A stretch of 64,000 bases of DNA, from contig NC_058377.1 in the NCBI RefSeq assembly GCF_018350175.1, positions 61,442,001 to 61,506,000 of the forward strand, in the 5' to 3' direction. Both the position numbers and the translations under genes were made by a program. Every line of letters starts with the position of its first letter. Position 1 is the stretch's first letter. The notes beneath the pieces were generated by a model, which worked only from the letters and a program-made list of their open reading frames with translations, was not told the origin of the DNA and searched no databases. Below are positions 37,591 to 49,705 of the stretch, piece after piece. The stretch is from Felis catus. Its lineage: Eukaryota.

Positions 37591-38701
37591 TACTTTGGCT
37601 ATTGTTGATAGTGCTGCTATAAACATGGGGGTCTCCCTTTGAAACAGCACATCTGTATCCCTTGGATAAATGCTTAGTAGTGCAATTTCTGGGTGGTAGG
37701 GTGGTTCTATTTTTAGTTTTTTGAGGAACCTTCATACTGTTTTCCGGAGAGGCTGCACCAGCTTGCATTCCCACCAACAATGCAAAAGAGATCATTGTTC
37801 TCTGCATCCTCGCCAACATCTGTTGTTGCCTGAGTTGTTAATGTGAGCCATTCTGACAGGTGTGAGGTGATATCTCATTGTGGTTTTGATTTGTATTTCC
37901 TTGATGATGAGTGATGTTGAGCATTTTTTCATGTGTTGGTTGGCCATCTGGATGTCTTCCTTGGAGAAGTGTCTATTCATGTCTTTTGCCCATTTCTTCA
38001 CTGGATTATTTGTTTTTGGGTGTTGAGTTTCATAAGTGCTTTATAGATTTTGGATACTAACACTTTAACTGATATGTCATGTGCAAATATCTTCTCCCAT
38101 TCTGTTAGTTGTCTTTTAGTTTTACTGATTGTTTCCTTCGCTGTGCGGAAGCTTTTTATTTTGATGAGGTCCCAGTAGTTCATTTTGGCATTTGTTTCCC
38201 TTGCCTCCGGAGACGTGTTGAGTAAGAAGTTGCTGTGGGCAAGATCAAAGAGGTTTCTGCCTGCTTTCTCCTTGAGAATTTTGATGGCTTCCTGTCTTAC
38301 ATTTAGGTCTTTCATCCATTTTTAGTTTATTTTTGTGAATGGGGTAAGAAAGTGGTCCAGGTTCATTCTTCTGCATGTTGCTGTCCAGTTTTCCCAGCAC
38401 CACTTGCTGGAGAGACTGTCTTTATTCCACTGGATATTCTTTCCAGCTTTGTCAAAGATTAGTTGGCCATACATTTGTGGGTCCATTTCTGAGTTCTCTA
38501 TTCTGTTCCAGTGATCTGAGTGTCTGCTCTTGTGCCAGTACCATACTGTCTTGTTGATTACAGCTTGGTAGTATAGCTTGAAGTCCGGGATTGTGATGCC
38601 TCCTGCTTTGGTTTTCTTTTTCAAGATCGCTTTGGCTATTCGGGGTCTTTTCTGGTTCCATACAAATTTTAGGATTATTTGTTCTAGCTCTGTGAAGAAT
38701 G

Positions 38702-38845
38702 NNNNNNNNNNNNNNNNNNNNNNNNNNNNNNNNNNNNNNNNNNNNNNNNNNNNNNNNNNNNNNNNNNNNNNNNNNNNNNNNNNNNNNNNNNNNNNNNNNN
38801 NNNNNNNNNNNNNNNNNNNNNNNNNNNNNNNNNNNNNNNNNNNNN
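38702..38845. other. Assembly gap (~144 N) in L1 ORF2
   Basis: Run of N; ORF2 frame is preserved across it. Confidence 0.97.
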
Positions 38846-41264
38846 TTCTATAGTTTTCAGTGTATAGATATTTCACCTCTTTGGTTAGATTTATTCCTAG
38901 GTATTTTAAGTTTTTTTGTGCAACTGTAAATGGGATTGATTCCTTGATTTCTCTTTCTGTCGCTTCGTTGTGGGTATATAGGAATGCAACCAATTTCTGT
39001 GCATTGATTTTATATCCTTCAACTTTGCTGAATTCATGAATCAATTCCGGAAGTTTTTTGGTGGAATCTTTTGGGTTTTCCATATAGAGTATCATGTCAT
39101 CTGTGAAGAGTGAAAGTTTGACCTCCTCCTGGCCAATTTGGATGCCTTTTATTTCTTTGTGTTGTCTGATTGCAGAGGCTAAGACTTCCAATACTATGTT
39201 GAATAACAGTGGTGAGCGTGGACATCCCTGTCTCGTTCCTGACCTTAGGGAGAAAGCTCTCAGTTTTTTCCATTGAGGATGATATTGGTGTTGGGTCGTT
39301 CATATATGGCTTTTATGATCTGGAGGTATGCTCCTTCTATCCCTACTTTCTTGAGGGTTTTTATGAAGAAAGTATGCTGTATTTTGCAGAGATGCTTTCT
39401 CTGCATCTATTGAGAGGATAATATGGTTCTTGTCCTTTCTTTTATTGATGTGATGAATCACGCTAATTGTTTTGCAGATATTGAACCAGCTCTGAATCCC
39501 AGGTATAAATCCCACTTGGTCGTGGTGAATAATTTTTTTAATGTATTGTTGGAGCCAGTTGGCTAATATCTTGTTAAGGATTTTTGCATCCATGTTCATC
39601 AGAGAAATTGGTCTATTGTTCTCCTTTTTAGTGGGGTCTCTGTCTGGTTTTGGAACCCAGGTAATGCTGCCCTCAGACAACGAGTTTGGAGGTTTTCCTT
39701 CCATTTCTATGTTTTGGAACAGCTTCAAGAGAATAGGTGTTAACTTTTCATTAAACGTTTGGTAGAATTCCCCTGGAAAGCCATGTGGCCTGGACTCTTG
39801 TTTTTTGGCAGATTTTTGATTACTAATTCGATTTCCTTACTGGTTATGGGTCTGTTCAAATTTTCTATTTCTTCCTGTTTCAGTTTTGGTAATATATATG
39901 TTTCTAGGAATTTGTCCATTTCTTCCAGATTACCCATTTTATTGGCATATAATTGCTCATAATGTTCTCTTATTATTGTTTTTATTTCTGTTGTGTTGGT
40001 TGTGAACTCTCCTCTTTCATTCCTGATTTTATTTATTTGAGTTCTTTCCTTTTTCTTCTTGATCAAACTGGCTAATGGTTTATCAATTTTGTTAATTCTT
40101 TCAAACAACCAGCTTCTGGTTTCATTAATTTGTTCTACTGTTTTTTTTGGTTTCAATAGCATTAATTTCTGCTCCAATCTATTATTTCCTGTCTTCTGCT
40201 GGTTTTGGGTTTTATTTGCTGTTCTTTTTCTAGCTCCTTAAGGCGTAAGGTTACGTTGTGTATTTGAGATCTTTCTTCCTTCTTTAGGAAGGCCTGGATT
40301 GCTATATACTTTCCTCTTATGACTGCCTTTGCTGCGTCCCAGAGGTTTTGGGTTGTGGTGCTATCGTTTTCATTGACTTCCTTATACTTTTTAATTTCCT
40401 CTTTAACTGCTTGCTTAGCCCATTCATTCTTTAGTAGGATGTTCTTCAGTCTCCAAGTATTTGTTACCTTTTCAAATGCTTTCTTGTGGTTGATTTCGAG
40501 GTTCATAGTGCTGTAGTCTGAAAATATGCATGGTATGATCTCAATCTTTTTGTACTTACTTAGGGTTGATTTGTGTCCCAGGATATGGTCTATTCTGGAG
40601 AATGTTCCATGTGCACTGGAGAAGAATGTATATTCTGCTGCTTTAGGATGAAGTGTTCTGAATATATCTGTTAAGTCCATCTGGTCTAGTGTGTCATTCA
40701 AAGCCATTGTTTCCTTGTTGATTTTTTGATTAGGTGATCTGTCCATTGCAGTGAGTGGGATGTTGAAGTCTCTTACTATTAAAGTATTACTACTGATGAG
40801 TTTCTTTATGTTTGTGATTAATTGATTTATACATTTGGGTGTTCTCACATTTGGCACATAAATGTTTACAATTGTTAGGTCTTCTTGGTCTATAGACCCC
40901 TTGATTATGATATAATGCCCTTCTGCATCCCTTGATGCAATCTTTATTTTAAAGTCTAGATTGTCTGATATAAGTATGGCTACTCTGGCTTTCTTTTGCT
41001 GGCCATTAGCATGATAGATGGTTCTCTGTCCCCTTATTTTAAATCTGAAGGTGTCTTTAGGTCTAAAGTGGGTCTCTTGTAAACAGCATATAGATGGGTC
41101 TTGTTTTCTTATCTATTCTGCCACCCTATGTCTTTTGATTGGAGCATTGAGTCCACTGACATTTAGAGTGAGTACTGAAAGATATGAATTTATTGCCATT
41201 ATGATCCTTGTAGAGTTGGAGTTTCTGGTGGTGTTCTCTGGTCTCTAATATTTGTTGCTTTTGG

Positions 41265-41265
<1 letters not shown>

Positions 41266-41313
<48 letters not shown>
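41266..41313. repeat. (TA)n microsatellite in the L1 inter-ORF region
   Basis: TA run. Confidence 0.95.
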
Positions 41314-41316
<3 letters not shown>

Positions 41317-42404
41317 TCATCTTTTCTCCCCTCAGAGAGTCCCCCCCTTAAAATTTCTTGCAGGGCTCATCTACTGGTCACGAACTCCTTTAATTTTTGT
41401 TTGTGAACTTTTTATCTCCTTCCATTTTGAATCACAGCTTGCTGGATAAAGAATTCTTGGCTGCATATTTTTGTGATTCAGCACACTGAATATATCCTGC
41501 AACTCCTTCTTGGCCTGCCAAGTTTCTGTGGATAGGGCTGCTGTAAACCTGATCTGTCTTCCCTTGTAGGTTAAGGACTTTTTTCCCCCCTTGTTGCTTT
41601 TATGATTCTCTCCTTGCCTGAGTATTTTGTGAATTTGACTACGATATGCCTTGTTGATGGTTGGTTTTTGTTGAGTCTCATGGGGGTCCTCTGTGCTTCC
41701 TGGATTTTGATGTCTGTGTCTTTTCCCAGGTTAGGAAAGTTTTCTGCTATGATTTTCTCACATAACCCTTCTACCCCTATTTCTCTCTCTTCCTCTTCTG
41801 GGACCCCTATGATTCTGATGTTGTTCCTTTTGAATGAGTCACTGATTTCTCTAATTCTTAAATCGTGCTCTTTGCCTTAATCTCCCTCTTTTTTTCTGCT
41901 TCACTATTCTCTACAAGTTTGTCCTCTATATCTCTGATTCTCTGTTCTGCTTCATCCATCCTTCCTGCTGCTGCATCCATCCATAATTGCAGCTCAGGTA
42001 CAGCATTTTTAATTTCATTCTGGCTATTTTTACTTCTTTTATCTCTGCAGAAAGGGATTCTAATCTATTTTCGACTCCAGCTAGTATTCTTCTTTCATGA
42101 TTCTAAATTCTGGTTCAGACATCTTGCTTGTATCTGTGTTGGTTAAATCCCTGGCTCTCATTTCTTCGTGCTCTTTCTTTTGGGGTGAATTCCTTCGTTT
42201 TGTCATTTTGAAGGGAGAAAAGGAATTAATGAGGTAGAAAAATTGAAATAAAAAAAGTAAAATTAAAAAGTACTGAAATTAAAAATTAAAAACACACACA
42301 CACAAAAATTGAATAGATGATGCTAGATCCTAGGTGTGTTTTGGTGTGGGTGTTGAAAGTGGTATGACAGATTAGAGAAAAAAAAAGGGTGGGGGGAAGA
42401 AAAT

Positions 42405-43070
42405 CGTTTGAGAATTTGAAAAAATGAATACACTGACATAGACTAAAATGAGAAGATGGGGTAAAATAGAATTTGAAAAAATATACACAAAAGTAAAGAA
42501 TGTAGTTGAAAAAAAATAAATAAAAATATTTTTGATAAAAATTAAAAATAAGTATGATTTTTTTATTTTCTGTATTAAAAAAAAGAAAAGAAACGAAAAG
42601 AGAAAAAAAGATTAAAAAAGAAAAGAAAAAATTGAAGATTTGAAAAAGTGAATACACTGTAGTAGAGTAAAATAAAATGAAGGAAGTAAAATCGAATTTG
42701 AAAAAATTCACATAGCAGCAAAAAATATAGTAAAAAATTAAAGAAAAACATTCTTAATAGAAATTTAAAGTAAAAATGAATTTTTTCTCTCTCTGCAGTC
42801 AAGAAAAAGAAAAGAAATGAAAAAGAGAAACAAAGAAAAAATAAGTAAATTGTTTGAGAATTTGAAAAGGTGAGTACACGGAAGTAGACTAAAATAAAAT
42901 GATGGAAGTAAAGTAGAATTTGAAAAAAATTACACAAAAGTAAAATGTATAGTAATAAAAATTAAAGAAATATATTTTTAATAAATATGAAAATAAAAAT
43001 GAATTTTTTCTTTCTCTATTCAAGGAAAAGAAAAGAATTGTAAAAGAGAAAAAGGAAAAAGAAAGAAAAT
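42405..43070. repeat. About three ~225-bp A-rich tandem units in the L1 5'UTR
   Basis: tttgaaaaa(a/g)tga(a/g)tacac...taaaat...gaatttgaaaaa recurs near 42415, 42640 and 42860. Confidence 0.8.
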
Positions 43071-44424
43071 TGAATAGATGAACCTGTTAACAGATTGAGT
43101 AGGACTGAAAGTGATTCGTTTTCCCCTAGAAGTCAGTCCATGTAGCGCTTTATAGTCCATAAATTAAGCTGGTGGTGAGTCTTGTGTTCTTGAAGAGCAA
43201 TGTTGGCCTAGTTGGGCAGGGCTCAGTGTAATGGCCCCGCTCTCCACTTGGTGGCGCTGCAAGCCTGCTGGTGTGGGTTGTTGTGGTGCTCTTTGGTGCG
43301 CATGTGCATATGCAGGAGCGTTGAAAAATGGCGCCACCCAGCCTCACAGTCTGTTCTCCCAGATCAGCAATCGCACACCAGTCCTCTGTCTTCAGCTCTT
43401 GTCCACTCCCTGCTTTTCCACTCTCTGTGACCAGGCCCAAAGCAGTACCTCTCTCCCAAGTTTTGTCTCAGATGCGGCTATTTTCCCCGGCCCCTTACTT
43501 CCTAAGGACTGCGGCTTTGACCCACTCCGCCCCTCTACGGGAGGGTCTCACCCAGCAATGGCCGAATATCCGCTGCACCCAGGAATGCCTGCTGGATGCT
43601 GTTGTTGCTGGTGCCCCAAGACTGTGGCCAGGTGCCAGCCTGCCCCAGAAAATGTTCGCGAGACAGTGTAGCAGCAGCACTTCAGGGATTATGGAAAATC
43701 ACAACACGCATCTGGCACCAGGTTTCTACCTTAATGACCTTGTTACAGCACCAGCGAATGTGGCCATTTTCTGGGGTTTGCTGAGACCAGGTGACTTCAA
43801 CAGTCTCTACCAAATGTCCTTCCAGCAGTGGAACCACTTTTCCCTGTGTGGCCCCAGAACCTCCCAGCTCCCACTCTGTTCCTGGGGATTCGCCCTTCCC
43901 ACCAGAGCACCGCCAGGTATTGAGCTGTGGAGTTGCAGCCTTGTGCTTCCCTAGTTTACAGTCTTAATAGAGTTTAAACCCTCTCCTTTCTCCTTTCTCC
44001 CTTTTTAGGTTAGTCCCTGCAGCTGTTTCCAATTTTCTGCTTTCTCTCCAACTGCTTTTGGGGAGGGGTGATTTTCCCATATTCTTTCCCCCTCCCCAGC
44101 CTCTGTCCTCTCTCTGCCCAAAAAAGAGGTTCCCTACCTTTCGGGGTTTCTTGCTCAAGTTCAGCTCTCCACTCCATGTACCTGCTGAATTCTGTGGTTC
44201 AGGTTGTGCAGATTGTTGTGTTAATCCTCCAATCAATTTTCTGGGTGTGTAGGATGGTTCAGTGTTGGTCTGGCTGTATTTTATGGACGCAAGACACAAA
44301 AAGCTTCCATGCTGTTCTGACATCTTGGCTCCTCCCTCATATTTCTTATTGTATAAAATTTGTTGCTTTATATGTATTTTATTAATTATAGAAACTACTC
44401 CCAAGCATTACTTGAAGTGTTTTT

Positions 44425-44633
44425 TTTTGTTTTTATTTATTTTTTTTTTTGAGGGAGAGAGTGTGTATATGTGAATAGAGTAGGGACAGACAGAGAAAGA
44501 GAGAGAATCCCAAACAGGAAACACGCTCAGTGCAGAGCCCCATGCAAGGCTCAATCCCAAGGAACCTTAAGATCATGACCTGAGACAAAATCACGAATGG
44601 GATACTCATCCTACTGAGCCACCCAGGGGCCCC
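44425..44633 (-). mobile_element. CanSINE
   Basis: Reverse-complement SINE body. Confidence 0.88.
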
Positions 44634-45073
44634 TTAATTCTTTTATCTCTCTGATTTTTAATCTTCCCTAAGAAGCTTTAAAATATTTGTTAAGTTAAAA
44701 ACATTGCCATTTGTTTAGTCACAGTGAAACTATGGAAATGTTTTAGGAGAATAGATACAGTTAGATAAAGAATATATTTCTATTTCAGGTGTATGCCGTT
44801 ACAAGCCCCATCGGAGTGTTAATGATTTCTACATGTGTTTATGTACATTTATATCTACAGGTGCTGCATTTGTGAATGGGATTTGTCATTCTAGTTTGCT
44901 TTCTATTGTATTTTTGAATATAAATAAATGGAAGGCTTATTTTTAGGGTGTGTTATTTGCTAAATGCTTATAATTTCAACAAATTGTTAGAAAAAAATTA
45001 TTGAATATCACATTTAGAATAAGTTTGAAGTAAATAAGAACATTGCCTTCTTCCATTTCATATGAACATTAAA

Positions 45074-45288
45074 TTTTTTTTTCAACGTTTTTTATTTATT
45101 TTTGGGACAGAGAGACACAGCGCATGAATGGGGGAGGGGCAGAGAGAGAGGGAGACACAGAATCGGAAACAGGCTCCAGGCTCCCAGCCATCAGCCCAGA
45201 GCCTGACGTGGGGCTCAAACTCACGGACCGCGAGATCGTGACCTGGCTGAAGTCGGACGCTTAACCCACTGCGCCACCCAGGCGCCCC
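45074..45288 (-). mobile_element. Young SINEC_Fc-type CanSINE
   Basis: CpG-rich; TSD ca(t/c)atgaacatt. Confidence 0.95.
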
Positions 45289-46119
45289 TCACATGAACAT
45301 TTAAATTAATGTCTGAATTCATTTCTTTGGCTAATAAAGGAATACAATTAAATTATCATCCTATAGTGAAAATTCTTTATTTTTTCCATACTTTAAAGAA
45401 AATTGTGACGTAATCTATGAAAAATCTGTTTTATACACATTGTTGTTTTAAACTCTCTCTCTTTGATTAGTAGTTGAAAGGAAAAAATGTATTCCCTATT
45501 CTATTTGGATTGGTGATTCTGTTCATGTTTATAAAGTCAAGAGGCATGTTTTGAACCAGATTGCTTTAGAGTATAGCCTCATTTACATTATAAAAATAAC
45601 TTCCATGTTTTCAGTCATTTTACTATTTTTTTCTTATTTTCAAGTTGTTGTGAACTTTTACCTTTTGATATACATGTAAATGCATGTTAGTTGGAAGTAG
45701 GGACAAAGGCCAATATGATATGTAAACCTGATGTCCTATTACCCTGGAAGATTGACAGTTATTTTTATTATCAGTCCACTATGTCATTAATGATTTGTTC
45801 AAATCTTGAGTTTCCAAAATAGAAGTAAGGACTTCAAAGGAATTACTAACAAACATACATTTTCCCTAGGTAGAGATTTTCGCCAATTCTTCCATCTCTA
45901 TACATTTTCTGAAAGACTGAAATTTAACAGCTATCAATTTATACATTTATGTATTTTATCTTTTTTTTAAAAAAAACAGCTCTTAGTTTTATTGACAATT
46001 TCTACATTTTTAAATCTCCATTTCATTTATTTCTAGTATGGCCTTGGTTCTTTCTTTCTCTTTGCCATCTTTGGGCTTAGTTTGTTCTGTTTCTAATTCC
46101 TTGAGATGAAAAGTGAGGT

Positions 46120-46336
46120 TTTTAAAAATTTTTTATTATTTATTTTTGAAGAAGAGACAGAGAGAGACAGAGTGGGAGCTGGGGAGGGGCAGAGAGAGAG
46201 AGGGAGACACAGAATTGGAAGCGGGCTCCAGGCTCTGAGCTGTCAGAACAGAGCCAGACACAGGGCTTGAACTCACAAGCTCTGATCATGGCCTGAGCCA
46301 AAGTCAGATGGTTAACTGACTGAGCCCCCAGCACCC
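46120..46336 (-). mobile_element. CanSINE
   Basis: TSD gaa(a/g)agtgagg. Confidence 0.9.
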
Positions 46337-46439
46337 CAGAAGAGTGAGGGTTTTTATTTGAAATATTTCTTGTTTCTTAATGTTGGCATTTATGGCTATA
46401 GACTTCCTTTTAAAACTGCTATTGAATCATTGCATATGG

Positions 46440-46663
46440 GTTTTTTATGTTTATTTATTTATTTTGACAGAGAAAGAGAGAGAGCAAGAGAGCATCAGCA
46501 CAAGTGGAGGAGCAGAGAGAGAGAAGGAGAAAGAGAATCCCAAGCAGGTCTAGCACTGTCAGCGCAGAGCCAGATGCAGGGCTCCATTCCATGAACCTCA
46601 AGATCATGACCTGAGCTGAAATCAAAAGTTGGTGGCTCAACCAAATGAGCCACACAGATGCCC
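46440..46663 (-). mobile_element. CanSINE
   Basis: Reverse-complement SINE body. Confidence 0.88.
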
Positions 46664-46689
46664 TTTATTGTCCCATTTAATTTTACTTT

Positions 46690-46894
46690 TAATTTTTAAA
46701 TGTTTATTTTTGAAAGGGAGAGAGAAAAAGCACAAGTGGATAGGGACAGAGAGAGAGAAGGAGACACAGAATAAATAGGCTCCAGGCTCTGAGCTGTCAG
46801 CACAGAGGCTAACACAGGGCTTGATCCCAAGAGCCATGAGATCATGACCTGAGCCAAAGTCAGATGCTTAACTGACTGAGCCACCCAGGCATCC
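46690..46894 (-). mobile_element. CanSINE
   Basis: Reverse-complement SINE body; TSD-like ttgtccca(t)ttt on both sides. Confidence 0.88.
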
Positions 46895-47040
46895 CAATTG
46901 TCCCCATTTTAGATGAGAAAATTGACATAAGGTTAAGTATGTTGCCCAAGGACACAGTACTCACAGGAGTTGGAGAAGGGTTTTCAACCCAGAAAGTCTG
47001 GCTTTGTAAGCACATTATTTATCTCTGTGGTCTACTGCCT
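46895..47040 (-). mobile_element. MIR SINE
   Basis: ccccattttagatgagaaaattgacataaggttaagtatgttgcccaaggacacag. Confidence 0.75.
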
Positions 47041-48340
47041 ATGAAAAGATATAATCCTTAAGTAATTCTAGAAATTAAATTAATAACAGAAGTACTCTAA
47101 TTCTGAGAGTTAAATAATGCTAAGATTCCTAGTACACAGTAAATGCAAAAAAAAATGCTCGGTAACATTACTGTTATGAAAATAGAGACTCTAATTCAAG
47201 CAGTTTAAAAAGATTATCAACCGTATACAATTCTGTTATGACTTACAAAACAACGTTTCATTTGCCAGCACACAAACTCTTTGAATACTGATGGCATGAG
47301 TTCAAATAAAGAGAGAAAAGTTATACTGAAATGAAGGGAAATAAAATGAAATTTTATGTCAATAAGAATAACCTGTCTTATATAGGATGCATCTGCCGTC
47401 CGTCAAAAAAACATGTAAAGACCAGTGAGGGAGGAAGCAAACTACTACACGTTTCTGGAACTGTCCAGTACCCATTTCAAAATCTCCCTGAATGAAGGAA
47501 TTATTTTTATAAACTTGCACTTGTAAGAATATTCAAAATTTAGTGGAGTGGAACATCTGCTCTACAGATACTTCCCATGGGTTTTCTCTCACTCTCCCAA
47601 AGAAGCACAGCCCCTATATGTTGCATCATCCACTCTCAGAACCTCCCAGGGTTTGGGGATTTACTCCAGTGACTCCTAGACCTACATAAATCTTGCTTCT
47701 TCTGGAATATCCATGCCACCGTGACAAAGAGAAAAGAACCAGATCCATTTTCAAGATTGGCAAGACCATCTCTGCTGTGAGCGACAGTTATTCTTTATTA
47801 AGTCCATGAAATGTACAAGCACAAGGGGACAACATGACTGAGAGATGACTTCTATCAATGACTGAGTGTCTTATGTAATAAGCAGAGGTGAATCTTAACA
47901 CCCTACGGCAGTGAGTTGCAATTCATTTCATGAAGTTTTAAAGGCAAACACTCGAATGTGTTTTCCTTTTCTACTTGGTATACTTAAACTTCATTATAAT
48001 ACCTTCACAAGCCGGGTATTTTCTCTGTTATTTGTAATGTGTGAAGCACTGAGGTAGAAAGTGACAGTGAGATTATGGATATGGACACAATTCCTCTGAT
48101 GGGGTCAGTGAACGAATAAGAAGGTTTCATATGGAGGCATAGTCTCTGTTTCAGAGCAAATGAAGCTTCTTATAAAATACAAGCATTGGTATTACGTGTA
48201 ATGAGTTCTTGTGCTAAGTGCAATCATTCCTTTTACAGCTGTTACTGCAAACTTTATATTAAGGCAGTGGAGAACACATATGATTCTTAATAAGCTGTTT
48301 AGTATATTTTTTTCCGAGAGGTATCCATCTTTAGAGATCC

Positions 48341-49282
48341 ATGTCTGTTCAACCTGATTCCAAAATCAGTAACTCCACCTTTCTCCTTACGGGTTTCCCT
48401 GGCCTGGAACGGGAATATCCTTGGCTCTCCATTCCTTTCTCCTGTATCTATGCTATGGTACTCTTAGGGAATTGCCTGGTGTTGCATGTGATCCGGACGG
48501 AGCCCAGCCTACATGAGCCCATGTTCTACTTCCTGGCCATGTTGGCCCTCACTGACCTGTGCATGGGGCTGTCCACAGTGCACACGGTGCTCGGGATCCT
48601 GTGGGGGATCAGCCAAGAGATTGGTCTCGATGCCTGCATTGCTCAAACCTTCTTTGTTCATGGTCTATCATGCATGGAGTCTGGAGTCCTTCTTGCCATG
48701 GCCTTTGATCGCTTTACTGCCATCTGCAATCCTCTGAGATATACATCCATCCTCACCAATATGAGAATCATCACCATTGGTGTGGCCATTTTAGGGAGGA
48801 GTTTCCTGTTCATTACCGCTCCCATTGTCCGCCTAAAGTTCTTCGATTACTGCCATCCTCATATCCTCTCCCATTCCTTCTGCCTGCACCAAGACTTACT
48901 TCGGCTCGCCTGCTCCGACATCCGCTTCAACAGCTTCTATGCGTTAGCCCTGGTGATCTGCACACTCTTTTTGGATTCGGTGCTCATTCTCATCTCCTAC
49001 ATCGCGATCCTGCATTCAGTCTTGACTATTGCATCCCGGGACGAGCGGCTCAAGTCCTTGAAGACCTGTGTCTCCCACATCTGTGCTGTTCTGGTTTTCT
49101 ATATCCCAATTATTGGGTTGACTATGGTGCACCGCTTTGGAAAGCACCTCTCTCCTGTGGTCCATGTCCTCATGGGCAATATCTATATCCTTTTCCCACC
49201 CTTGATGAACCCTATCATCTACAGTGTCAAAACCCAACAAATACGTAGCAGGATCCAGAGATGGTTCGCTAAACAAAACTGA
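48341..49282 (+). CDS. OR51V1: Olfactory receptor, class I, OR51V1-like, 313 aa, intact
   Basis: YPWLSIPFS, TDLCMGLSTV, HSFCLHQDLLRLACSDIRFNS, VHRFGKHLSP, PPLMNPIIYSVKTQQI match human OR51V1 as I recall it; AATAAA at 49363-49368. Confidence 0.92.
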   Translation: MSVQPDSKISNSTFLLTGFPGLEREYPWLSIPFSCIYAMVLLGNCLVLHVIRTEPSLHEPMFYFLAMLALTDLCMGLSTVHTVLGILWGISQEIGLDACIAQTFFVHGLSCMESGVLLAMAFDRFTAICNPLRYTSILTNMRIITIGVAILGRSFLFITAPIVRLKFFDYCHPHILSHSFCLHQDLLRLACSDIRFNSFYALALVICTLFLDSVLILISYIAILHSVLTIASRDERLKSLKTCVSHICAVLVFYIPIIGLTMVHRFGKHLSPVVHVLMGNIYILFPPLMNPIIYSVKTQQIRSRIQRWFAKQN

Positions 49283-49705
49283 GTACTAGAAGTTAGTGTG
49301 TTCTAAGGAAGGGAAGGTCGTACTTGCAAGAGGAACGACTGATAATGATTTGTAGCAGAAATAATAAATGTATATGTAATGTTTAACAGATTAAAGGCAT
49401 ATTTATAGTCATTTCTTAATTTAGTTTTCCAGAGCCGGAGAAATAAGCAGAGAAAGTGTTACTGATCTCATTTCCTAATTTTAAAATTAAGTATAGGTTA
49501 ACTACACCGACTTGTGTTCCCCAGTGTATCAGTGAGCACTTGCCTGGGTAGTTACTAAGTTTACGGTACCATCCATGCTTTTTGAATTCTAGTTCAGCAT
49601 GTGATTTTATTTTTCATAGAACTGGTATATCGGTACGTTTACTTGTATAGGACAAGTAGCCTTTACATATTATTCCCATGTGTCACAAGTTGACTCTGTT
49701 GAGTT

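Larger units (their letters stand above)
37052..44336 (-). mobile_element. Full-length (~7.3 kb) decayed felid/carnivore L1: 5'UTR ~44336-42207, ORF1 ~42206-41330, ORF2 ~41199-37300, 3'UTR and tail
   Basis: 5' end GGGAGGAGCCAAGATG; ORF1 start MTKRRNSPQKKE; ORF2 start MAINSYLSVLTLNV with early TAG; EN/RT fragments in the ORF track ([21 protein letters not shown]-type); multiple stops and frameshifts. Confidence 0.95.

Noticed and set aside
37394-40857. L1 ORF2 pieces as functional genes
   Set aside because: Split by frameshifts and stops, including an early TAG in EN; element is non-autonomous
42286-42937. Phe-rich 141-aa and 120-aa ORFs resembling membrane proteins
   Set aside because: Low-complexity translation of the T-rich L1 5'UTR array
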